From Folioceros fuciformis (taxonomy: Eukaryota): 20,000 nt of DNA. The stretch spans positions 530,983 to 550,982 of the forward strand of contig JBNGIO010006316.1 in assembly GCA_049999805.1 (NCBI GenBank), written 5' to 3'. Below, piece by piece: positions 1 to 10,449 of this stretch; within the stretch, counting starts at the first letter, position 1; every line of letters begins with the position of its first letter. The notes under the pieces were generated by a model that worked only from the letters and a program-made list of their open reading frames with translations, was not told the origin of the DNA and ran no database searches. The position numbers were made by a program, and so were the translations under genes.

Positions 1-1194
1 GGCACTGGAGCTTCTCGAGTCCTTGTATCGAGATCATCCTGGGCCAGTCTGGCGAGTATCACTCTCCATCACCGTTGAGCCCTGAATTTCCTTCACCTTT
101 TCCTCGCCTTGTTTGGTATAACCGAGTCCAGGGGGCGTGGAGGTTGGTGATGGCGTGCTCGCAAATGCTTGCAGGCCGCAAGTCGCAACGCCGTGGGTAA
201 GGTGGAGAACGGCAAGTACTTAATATACGGAGAGGTGATCACCTGGCTGGACTCCCCCCCCTGGTAACATCATTGGGGACTTGCTGTAGCTCACAAGATG
301 TCTTGACAGCATTCCGCAGGTCAGTTTTGTTGCCTTTGCCAGGTTGCTCGACCAATTCGTGGATTTGGTAAAGCGCAACGGTGAATGTCGTCCGGGGTTT
401 ACGTTCTACGATCTCGGATGCGGTTCGGGTCGCCCAGTGTTCATGACAGCGTTATTGAGCGCTGATTGCGTCAAGGCCTGTGGCATCGAGATTGTTCCAG
501 GTCTGTTCTGGAGCTTCATGAAGCTCACTTTCAGCTTAAGGGAAAATTGCTCATTTGTTCTTTTCTAACACTGTTACCAAAATGTGATGTAGGCATCCAT
601 CAGATGAACCGAGCGCTGTTGCGACTGTACGACCTGGAGGCAATACGTCTATCCCACACCCCCTGCCCTCGGCACGCCCGCGTTATCCATGCTAATCTCT
701 CTGCGTGCTCCAGGTTCGTCCATTGCTGCAACCCCGGAAGCAAAAACAAGAGATATCGTTTTTGCAAGGGGATTTCCTCAAGGTGACTAAAATTTCTGAA
801 CACTTCTTCTGCTACTCCCGCATGTATCCTCCTCTGCTGGGTGCTTACAGGACCGCGGCTGCTGTCGCTGCAGATTGACTGGTCTGATGCTGACATAATC
901 TTCACCAACGCCACCTGCTTTGAAGACCCTCTCTTCCAGGACCTGGAGGTATGTGTCCTCAGGCGCCCATACCCACCTTTTCATCCCCATGAAAATATCA
1001 CATGGAGGATTGACCGTGGCCCTTCCTTCCTGCAGAACTTGGCTACTCAGGTTCTCCGACCTGGTGCCCTCGTCATTTCTGTGACACGGTACTTCACTGG
1101 GAGTGACTGGGAGCTGCTCGACAAACAGGAGAGGAGAATGAGCTGGGCTTCCGCATTTGTCTATGTTCAAAGGAAGAAGGGGTATCGAATCTGA
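1..1194 (+). CDS. DOT1-like (class I SAM-dependent) methyltransferase, 5' end outside the window or unresolved, at least 6-7 exons
   Basis: Exons 175-234, 320-500, 593-639, 714-782, 874-948 and 1036-1194 join in frame: AASRNAVGKVENGKYLIYGE/VSFVAFARLLDQF...FYDLGCGSGRPVFMTALLSADCVKACGIEIVPG/IHQMNRALLRLYDLE/VRPLLQPRKQKQEISFLQGDFLK/IDWSDADIIFTNATCFEDPLFQDLE/NLATQVLRPGALVISVTRY...RRMSWASAFVYVQRKKGYRI*. The motif order YGE, DLGxGxG, GIE, GDF, hhFxN, LxPG, SW matches the DOT1 catalytic domain. A probable upstream exon (ALELLESLYRDHPG) lies at about 2-46, but its donor site is unresolved. Confidence 0.82.
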
Positions 1195-1237
1195 CCAAAC
1201 GGGTTTTGGGTACGAGGGCGCAGCTATTCCCTGGATG

Positions 1238-4200
1238 TCATCTTCTCACGCTTTTCTCACCCTTTCCTTTCAGATAGGCCGTCAGCTGCATCAGCCCACG
1301 GCGGAAGATCTCGAGTAGTAGGGACAAAGTCCAATTTGGCTCTGTTTGTCGCTTTCTCGCTTCACAGCTTTGAGGGAACAGAGCAGGGCCTGCAAGCGCA
1401 ATTGTTCCAGCACGTAACGGACGGACTATTTGTGGTTTGCGGACGGGAGGTAGCTTTCGTGAAGTTATCTCTCCTACAACAACTGCGTTGTGTCAAATGC
1501 TTGAACTGCAAAGGTCGAATAGGAAGAAGGATTTGAACCTGGGAAGTCGAAAATACGATCTCAAACCTGGATGGAAAGCTTGGTATCTAGTCTTCCAATC
1601 TATATCATGCAAGAGATGCTCATATGCTTTCATCTGGACCCTCAAATTTTCGTTCTCTTCTGTGACCTGAAAAGAGAGCTGCGTCAATCTTTGAACTACG
1701 CGATCATTGCACGCACGGAAATGGCTATGACTGGCACCTTACTAGGTCACAGTAGTCTACAACTTCTTCTAGCGTTGCCTGTATGAGTGCCGGTGCACTG
1801 CTTGTCTCATCCTGTCGGTAGGAGGGGGCCCTGACGTCTGGTTGGTGAACGGTGGACTTTTCAGTCATGAGCATCGTGCGGATCTCTGCTAAAGCGGTGG
1901 TGAGTAGGCCTGTGTCCACGTCGGAGTGTGCTTTCCTCTTTGGAATAATCTCTTCATGGGCAATCATCTCGTTGACAGCAGAACATAATTGTTCCAGCAT
2001 GTCATAGTTGCTTTTTGGGTGCATCTGCAGAGTAAGGGACATACATCTACCACGTCAGCTGTAAGGTTGTGAATGTCAACAAGCAACGCTCACGCATCAC
2101 AGACATTGTCGAAAGTGTGCGAGTACTCCACCATTGCCTTGCTGCTACTCAAATCTGATGGACAGGTGCTGAGAGGAGAGAGATTTTGTGGAGCTCTATT
2201 ATCTGCGTTTTCCTCTAGATATAGTCAGATATTAACGAGAGTAGTGAAACAACCGGAGCTCGGCTTTTTTTGGAAGGAGGCATACCTTCAGTTAGAGAGC
2301 GCAGGCGAGCATTCAGGAGAAGAACTTGACTCCGTAGTTGGTCACATTCAAGTCCAGATCTCTCTAGAAGTTGCTCCAACTCGTGCCTTCCTCTTTCAGT
2401 GTTGATGACGGGTCTGTTCTTGATCTGCTTTGCTCTATCAACCCACATCACAGGAACAAAACACGGTCTGATGCTAAAAGCCCGGGAATACCTCGAGCCT
2501 ACAGGTGTCTCCCAGCTGCTTATTGGGAAAATATGCTGTACTTTGTGAGGAATTTGCTACCTCGTCCCAAATCTCAGAGTGGATAGAGTCTCAGCAGCGT
2601 TGCACGAGCTGGGTGAGCAACAGCACAATAAGGTTGTCCGTGAGTTTCCACCCTGCAAGCGCAAATAGTCAGCAAGTCTGTCTCTGCTATAGCGGCACTA
2701 AGAAGGTTACTTGCAGGAAAGATAACCGACTTACAAGTGACTCTTGAAGTATACGCGTCAACTTGGAATCACGGTATGGTACATGGCTTGTTTTACCTAC
2801 GGGGCGAGCGATCAAGAGTTGCCCAATGTTTGCCCGGTGCTGGACACTAGCAAGCAGCGTATCAGGAAGGTTTTACCGGAAGTTAACGCATTTATCACGT
2901 TTCCAAGGGAGGAAAGTGATTTGTTGATGGTCTTCGCTTCATCAAGGAGCTTCCCTTCGGCACCTGTTTTGCCTAGTTTTTCTGAGCCAGCGAGATCCAC
3001 AAGGAAAATCTTCCCTCGTTTCAAGCTGGTCTCAGGGATTGGGTTAGACATGATGTGGCCAACGTTGACCGCGAAAGAGCAGCAGGTGTAGCCAGACGCG
3101 GCTCACCTTTGATTTTCAGTATTTCGTTGTTCGATCGTGAAGAGGAAGACACAGTGGCTTCTGCTGCTTCCGGGATTCATTTCTACAGATCGGCTCAAGG
3201 CGACAGCAACTTATCGCGCGTAACATTTCAAACCACTGGGATGCAGGACCCATTTTGTGATTGGATACGGGTTGCGCCAACAGCTCTATTCGCTATCCCG
3301 ACCTGGTAAACACATCGATGGCCTATGAGTGAAGCCAAAAACTACCGGACAAGCAGCCAGAAACTACTGAACAAGCCAGGTCTAATCAGAATGTCAACCA
3401 GGGAATGGCTTGCATGTTCCACCTCGAGAAGCAGAAGCACCTCTTGCTCCGTTTGCACATATTTCTGCATTGCACATTCCAAATATATCATTAGCCAAGG
3501 GCTGGGTTTCAGATGACGACAATCCAAAGTGTTACGAAACTTGAAACTCATGAAGAGGATCTGCATCATTAGAGTGAACCTCGGTGGCACCAGCTACGTG
3601 AACGCCATGTGCTTTGTCTTCCTTAACTTGGAGATTGTCTTTTGTGATGTCAAACAGATCCCTTGTTTGTGAAGAGCGGCGAAGCAAGATGAACAAAAAA
3701 GGTGCCTCTTTGTAGGGGTTCAAAGCTTGCAAAACAGTAGGGGTAAGATCTGAGGCTTTTATCACCTGATCCGCTCCATATAGATCTCCACCTGTATGAC
3801 GGGGTCAGGCAGTTACAAGGATTGAAAGGAAATCATCACTAGGTTGAGAGTGATTTGATCTTTCCCCAGATTCACCTACCACAGATAACTTGATGAAGAA
3901 CTCGTATGGACCCTCAGCATCTGCAATGAGCTTAAAAATTGTTTCAACCACCCTGGGTAACATGCCCTTAAGGTGAAGGTCCCCAGCTAGGAGATTCGGG
4001 CCCTGATGCAGACATTGTTCTGCAATGTGAGTTGACAATGCCAGCCAGCACTGCAGCAGAAAGTTCCCACCAGACTCTCGGCTAGACTCTCACATTCTTT
4101 CAGCTACCTTGCTATGGTATAAGTATGGAACCTGCAAATTACCTCCATGCTGTGCGTTTTTCCAGTCCCCGTCTGCATGACAGATGTACAGGTAAGGTGG

Positions 4201-4724
4201 CAAGAACCTACAATAAGTTGTCTGTACAACGAATGGAGAGACTGGATTAATACCTGACCATACGCAAGGATTGTCCCGTTCACAGCATTCATAGCGTCTG
4301 CGAAATAGAGCATAGCAAACGCCACAAGGTCAAGCTCATTATGGCCGATAACTGCGGCCAGCGAAAATCCTGGCCCAAACTGCGGAGGTAACAATCATGA
4401 GGTGGATTACCTTTGACAATGGGCAAAGCAACGAATTCAAACACTTCGGCTTGCGTTGAGCCATCGTAGAAAATTCTGTCAAATGAGAAAGCGACTTCTC
4501 CTTCTCTTTCATCCTGCACCAAACAATCAGCCAAGCTCCAATCGAAGAACAACAACCAAAAAACTGTCCCTCCTACTAGGGGAACTCGCGGAGGAGGCAA
4601 CGACAGCATTTACATTGAACATGATCGTTTCGGCATGTACTCCCTGCACGCAAGTAGATCCTCCCTCCTGGATTTCCCTCCGATTGACGGGCCTGAACCT
4701 CACACAGACTGTGACATTCGACAT
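1238..4724 (-). CDS. KIN1: Kinesin-1 family motor, plant KIN1/PSS1-like, about 18 exons
   Basis: ATG at 4724 ([12 protein letters not shown], the same start style as Arabidopsis PSS1/KIN1). Exons: 4724-4614, 4513-4411, 4297-4254, 4172-4143, 4002-3880, 3791-3766, 3661-3580, 3464-3423, 3302-3269, 3182-3107, 3025-2877, 2796-2735, 2652-2561, 2434-2286, 2214 to about 2100-2137 (donor ambiguous), 2024-1743, 1666-1567, 1473-1238. They give the P-loop [19 protein letters not shown], switch I NPGSSRSH, switch [42 protein letters not shown] and neck linker [11 protein letters not shown], followed by coiled-coil-like segments. If the last intron is not spliced, the stop is at 1493. Confidence 0.92.
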
Positions 4725-6239
4725 TTTCCAGAAGCTTTATCAGCTGTCCGATGGCGACGCTGTGGGAGCTGCCAGAAGGAGGGATCCCGGATCAGAACAC
4801 GAATGGCATGCAGCCTGTTCTTGTATCACACCAGTAGCAACATGCACAATCGCAGGTGTATTTCAGAGCGTGTGTAGCGTTCAGATCCTCCCAACTAACT
4901 GCCGATGACGCTGAGCATCCGTGATATACCGCACGACGAAATTCAACACACCGAGAGCGGAGGAGCCAAGCACTCTTGAGCTTGTGATGATCCGCCTTGT
5001 TCCAGCTGAGATTCGGCAGAGTGAGACGCGTAGGTGAGTTCGCCCGAAACTCTGAACCTTCGGGGCCCGAGTCGTGAGCGCTAAAACGACGTGTGTTTTC
5101 AAATTTTGTTGTGTTCGCTTTGAGCGACCGCACAGTCTCGCGTGCATGGATGACAAATGCTGAGGGGTCCTCTTTCTTCCAGGTAGTCGGAATCACAAGG
5201 CTCACAAGGTTTTCCGGTGATGATGCTGCCAAGTTGTGTGAACGTACTCTGCCTCGAGAAAAGGGATGAAGTCTGATCTCATCAGGAGACCGAAAAGGGA
5301 TGGTTGGTACCTTCCAGGCATGGCAAGGACAGAGGGGGCCAGAGCAATCATCTGACAGTCCGTGTGACGATGGCGCAGTGGGTGCCCGGTCCATTTCTCC
5401 TAGGGTGCTGCCGTAAATCCTTTGTGTGGGGATGAGGCCCGAGGGGTTAGGTTCTACAGAATGTCTTTTCCCCTTGTGCCAGGAGGCCAGTTTTTCCTAC
5501 ACGTGTATGAGCACTAGGGTAGCTGTGTCTTGCAGTAGATGGTAGAATGGCTACGATGTATGTACTGTGAAGGAGCGTCATGTGCTCGACTGTGACACAT
5601 GAGCAGAACAGAAGGGTGAGAGGTGCCGGAGCCCAGCTGGCCTGTTCAATGTTGTCCAGTTTTGTCCAGTTTAGTACCTTTGCGGACGTTGTCCACCACC
5701 ACCACCTGCTCGCCGCACTTGTGCGTTGTGCACATTGGAGGAGTGACAACCCGCAGCGGTCCTTACTAATCTGTGGCCTTGGGGGAAGGCCTCCATGTGG
5801 AAGATGGGACAGCGCAGGGAATTCATTGCCCAAGCAAGGGTCCTAGTCACCAGTGTCCCTTCAACCAGCGTGCAAGCGAGGCGAAGAATCTCTCTCCATC
5901 AGTCAGTCACAGTGCACCTGGTTTGGAGTCCCTGGTCGTGAGCTGTAGCGCACAAGAGCAGATTACGAGCGATAAGCGAAATGATGTAAATCGAGCACTG
6001 CCAGGTGTAGCATCCTGTGCTCGTGACCAAGATCAGGTTCATGCACCGGGGCACAAACTTGGCGTGTCCAACAGGCGCAATTTGTCTGGGCCTAGGGTGC
6101 GGGGTAGTTTAGCATATCCTCATTCATGAAAGTGAGTTTCGTCTAAAGTGGCTCCTTTGCAAGAAGAATCTTGGGAAAGTTTGAACACAATTTGCGATTC
6201 GACAGTGGAGCAGGCATATACAGTATGTATGTGCCTTTA

Positions 6240-7420
6240 GTATGTAGGAAGCAATATTGTTTAGAGGTTGTTGGTCTGACGGGCTGTCCCCCCTATTTCC
6301 CGTTGCAGGTTGTGGTTAAGGATGCTGGGTGAAGTCGAAATGGGAGTGGAGTTTTCCTAGTGATGGGATGATGGTGGTGATGGATATTTGCTATGTATGA
6401 TGAAGTTGTGAGTTTGACCGTCTTGTGATTTGAAATAGATAGCGTGTAGATGAGTGCAGCACCAGCAGGAGCAGAAGGAGCGGAAGTCGTTGAGGTGGCG
6501 GGCTCTGATCTGGGTGTGTGTGGGATGGGAAGAGGGCAGCAGCAGTAGGAGATCCAGGACCAGTAGCGGTAGCTGTACCAGCGTGCATGGATGTACATTG
6601 AGGAACAGGAGCAGGCCAAGGGAGTAAAAAATGAAATCCAATGATGTGAGAGACTGTGGCAGCGTTGGTGGTTGGTGTGGTGGTTGTCTGATGGTTATGT
6701 GAGGCCGGGGCCCGGGCCCTGGCTGGCCCTGGCCCTGGCCGGCCTCGAAACTATCGAAGGTGAAGACGGCAGCAGACACACGCTTCGAAAAGGGGTGCGA
6801 GGGACGGATGTCTTTTCCACTGCTTGGGTTATGGGGCAGGCTCTAGGGCTATGAAGTGGGAAGTGGTATGAAAACCGGAGGAGGAGGAAAGGGAATTGGT
6901 GGGGAATTACAGAAGAGGGACAAGTCTTGGGGTGGAGTAGTGGAGGCTGATGACTATCATGGCGCCGTCCTCACATGTGAAGGCAACGGAGTGTGCTACA
7001 GTGAGGCTGACTGTTTGCTTTTCTTGGCAAGGCAAGGCTGGTCCATGAGCAAGGGCATGGAGGGCATGGTGGAATGAGGCACACAGAGAACGTGGCTTTG
7101 GTGCAGCAGATCACATACAATGTTGCACGTTGGTCTGTGGGCATCTGGCTCCGGAGGCCATGCCGTGGGATTGTGATGAGCAGGCAGGGTGGCACTGCTG
7201 GGAGTGATGCGTTTTGTGGATGACAGGGGTGGAGCAAGGGCTGGGAGGTGGATTGGAGGCTGGGCCCAAAAATATCCGGCGGTTGATGGGTGTTGTGGTA
7301 AGTTGGGAAGCTAGGGAGCGGAAGGGAGCGGGGGTATCGGGATTTGAAGGCTTGCCAGTGTGCGGGGCCCTCCTGAGACCCCGTTTGTCGCCTGGTCGAC
7401 CAATGGGTAAATATACAATA
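6240..7420 (-). mobile_element. Possible highly decayed transposon remnant (LINE/gag-like); identity unproven
   Basis: Sustained G-rich plus strand and C-rich minus strand, broken Pro/Ser/Thr/His-rich minus-strand frames, and a degenerate zinc-knuckle-like string HQRCHSLSHHWISF near 6629-6670 (only the inner C and H of CX2CX4HX4C remain). No RT, integrase or transposase motif is seen. Confidence 0.25.
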
Positions 7421-8087
7421 TCCGGCTGCAGCTCTGCTCTGGTGTGCCCTGCCCTGTCCCGGGTGGAGAGCTCTGACAGACAGTCCGACTGAGACCAGTG
7501 TCAGAGTTTATGAGAGGCTGTGATGTGATGATACTGAAGGTCCAGGCCAGGTCCAGGTCCAAGTCTTCCCAGTTTGTGATTCATCGGCGGGCCTGGTGCC
7601 TGGAGCCTGGAGCCTGGGGTTGTGGGACTGTGCGGCTGTGCGGCGTTGGTGTTTGGCAGCTTTGGCTTTGCCTTTGGCTGGCTTGGGAAGACCGTTGCCA
7701 TGGTGTAGCGGAGGATCTGGATACACCGAGGCGAGGAGGTTGATTTATGTTAGTTGGCACATGGGAATAGAGGGGCGGCACGGCGTCCTGGCCTACAGCT
7801 CCTCGGCGGCCTTGTGCTGATGAGCTGTGATTATTCCCTTCACAATGTGACCGGTGACCGTTCTGGCCAACTGACGCCATTGGCATGGCCGCTGGGAGAC
7901 GCGGGGGAGAGATAGAGAGAGAGTGGCTGCGGCGGAAAGGGAGAAGGGCAAAGGCGGGGGTGTGTGTTGTGTGCTGCATGCTGTGTGCTGTGTGCGGCTG
8001 CAGTGGGCTGTAGTGCACGGTGGCCCCCGTGATTCCATGCTTCCTCCGGCTGTCCTACTTTATCGTAGGGGCGACGGCAACCACTCC

Positions 8088-8112
8088 CGTCTTCGTCTTT
8101 GTCTTCGTCTTC
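8088..8112. repeat. (GTCTTC)n-like hexanucleotide microsatellite
   Basis: cgtcttcgtctttgtcttcgtcttc read directly from the sequence. Confidence 0.7.
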
Positions 8113-8416
8113 CACTCTTTCACATGTTTCCGTTGTACGCCTACACATGGGGTTGTGAGTCATTTACGACTTCCCTCGGTAATGTACATCAATACTTTTA
8201 CAATGGGATTCATTCTATTCGATTAGGTTACGAAAATAAATCTAGTCTAGTTTCGTCAAGTATGTCAAACGCTTCTTTTTAGGACATCATAGTTAGAGCG
8301 AATTCTTTTTCTATCTATTTAGCTTGGAGATGAGTGGATCACATAATATCACCTCATCCAATGCATGGGAGAATAGAATATCTTCATTCATAGTCATGGA
8401 AGTGCAACGAGAGAGA

Positions 8417-8529
8417 TTTGTGACAACTTTGTTTGAATCCAAGCAAGTCTCATAATAACAATCGCATTCATATTTTTGTGACAACTTTGTTTGAATCCAA
8501 GCAAGTCTCATAGTAACAATCGCATTCAT
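8417..8529. repeat. Tandem direct duplication, 55 bp x2 (period 58)
   Basis: tttgtgacaactttgtttgaatccaagcaagtctcata(a/g)taacaatcgcattcat occurs at 8417-8471 and 8475-8529 with one mismatch. Confidence 0.95.
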
Positions 8530-8762
8530 GCTCTTCACAAGGCTTGTGGGAGTTGAAAGATGAGTGTACTACGTACATATGTCAGTCATCATCACATGTA
8601 TTGTTTGAGAGGGAAGGAAGCAAGCAAGCACAAAAGAAAGAAGGAAAAGAGGTGATACATTCATACCGTACCTCATTTGGAATACAATGACGGAAGATTG
8701 TTGGTTTGTCGGCCAGACGAGAACACTATGTACCCTCTCTTTGGATTCTAAATATGAAGTAT

Positions 8763-8820
8763 GGATGCGACAACAGAACGAGGATGCGACAACAGAACGA
8801 GGTCGATTGTTAGAACGAGG
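8763..8820. repeat. 19 bp tandem repeat, 2 perfect copies plus 1 degenerate copy
   Basis: ggatgcgacaacagaacga at 8763-8781 and 8782-8800, then a partial ...agaacgagg ending at 8820. Confidence 0.85.
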
Positions 8821-10377
8821 TTGATTATTAGACGTAATTTGTTCACTATGAGACATGCACGTATGCATGTACGTAGCTTGTTTGAGAGTGATGTCGGTTG
8901 GGTTGGCTCTTTCTTTGTTGTCATGTTGTTGGTGGATTTGAATTTGTTGGATGAGGTGATGGCGCAAGCCAAAAGAAAGTTGAAATGTTGTTGGGTGCTT
9001 GGATTTTGGTTTGATGGATGCTTGCTTGGATGTTGCTGGTGTGTTGGTACAGCTTTGCCTTGCGCAATATGTGAAGGTGTCTTCCTTGACAAAGTCATCA
9101 TCCATGACAAGACGAGCACGCTACTTAGTGGCACTAGCTAGAAATTATGGTGGAGAGGGAGCTTTGTGGGTGCCACGGCGATGGATAGTTCGTACCTGGA
9201 GTTGATTCTTGACTCATACGCACATGGATGATGATGCTGGTGATGTGGCATGATTCGGGATGAGCAGTAGATAAGTGATGTAGAAAAGGGGAGGCATGGA
9301 ACGGGAAGGACGCAGGTGGAATCCCGGAGTCCCGGCCTCGGTACAGGAATCTGGAGCAGGGCAGCAGCGGCATGCAGGCAGGCAGGCAGGCATGATGATT
9401 GATGAGGCGCTTGCCGGGTGCCCGGGGATTGAATGTGGGTGGGTGCCTTCATGAGCCCTCGACCCTCCTTCCCTCCCCTCCCCTCCCCTTGGTGAGGTCT
9501 GAGCTCCAGGCTGTTGAAGCCCCCTTTCCCTCGGGCCTCATGAGGGGGCTGGAACTGGGGCGCGCCGCCAATCAGCAGCCATGCTTGCCGTTGCCAGGGT
9601 CATTTTTTAATAACAAATTCCAGCCCGGCCCAAGTTCAGCTTCTGTTTCTACTTCCGGAGGCTGCAGCTGGGGAGCCGTTGCAACGGCACAATCCCTCTC
9701 CCTCCCTGTGTTGTGTGGGTGGCCCGAGGGGAATTGGGATGGAAGCGCGAAACCAAACGGCCCCCTTATGTGTATGAATGAAAGCGCGACCGTCGGATGG
9801 ATGGGCTTGCTTTGCTTGCAAGGCTGATGATGCACGTTGTCTCCCGGGAGCTCGGGCGGTGGGTCTGGGCGAGTGACAAAACAGAAGAGGGAAACAAGCA
9901 AACATTTCCCAAAGACGCCGGCACCGGCCGAGGCGGACTCCGTGTGCCGATTTGCTTGCCGAAGCCGGAGCCGCTGCTGGTGCCGGCTGACGAGGAGGAA
10001 GAGGAGGTGGAGGAGGAGAAGGAGAAAGGAAGGAATGAAAGGCAAGCCAAGGACAGGGTAGAGCCCAAGGGAAGAGCGGGCGGCAATCTCGGTGCTGAGG
10101 TAGCCGGTAGCGAGGCGGCCGCTTTGGGCCGGGTCGCCCAATGTTTATCTCATGCCGCTGACAGCAAAAGCGAGCGATGGAGGGGTCGGATCGGCTGGCG
10201 GAGGAAGCGCGGGAGCCCGATCCGGGCTGCTGCCGGGCTGGCCACCTTGTCCGTCGTGCCCCCACTCACCCTCGCCTTTGCGCCAAGCCAGCAGAGCAGG
10301 GCAGAGCAGACCAGAGCGGAGCGGAGCTGAGCTGGGCCAGCCCCTGGAGCATGTGCCCTACTCACTCCATCCTGCCC

Positions 10378-10387
10378 GCCACGTGTC
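10378..10387 (+). promoter_or_regulatory. G-box/ABRE-like element upstream of patellin
   Basis: GCCACGTGTC about 560 bp upstream of the ATG, just before the pyrimidine-rich leader. This is a motif match only. Confidence 0.35.
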
Positions 10388-10449
10388 ACCCCGGCCCCAT
10401 TAAAGCCTGTTGCTGCCCGCCTTCATCCGCCCACAAACGCTGCCCGCTG

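Noticed and set aside
4792-5394. 200 aa minus-strand ORF upstream of the kinesin
   Set aside because: No recognisable domain. It overlaps the likely kinesin promoter/leader, and the kinesin has its own conserved start at 4724.
5183-5415. Plus-strand frame interrupted by a single TGA (selenocysteine/readthrough)
   Set aside because: No redox motif or homology, land plants lack Sec machinery, and it is the shadow of a minus-strand open frame.
9110-9141. Helitron 3' end (hairpin plus CTAG)
   Set aside because: The hairpin is weak and no matching 5' end can be defined.
9392-9504. Box C/D snoRNA (ATGATGA ... CTGA)
   Set aside because: No convincing terminal stem or recognisable rRNA guide. The motifs are expected by chance.
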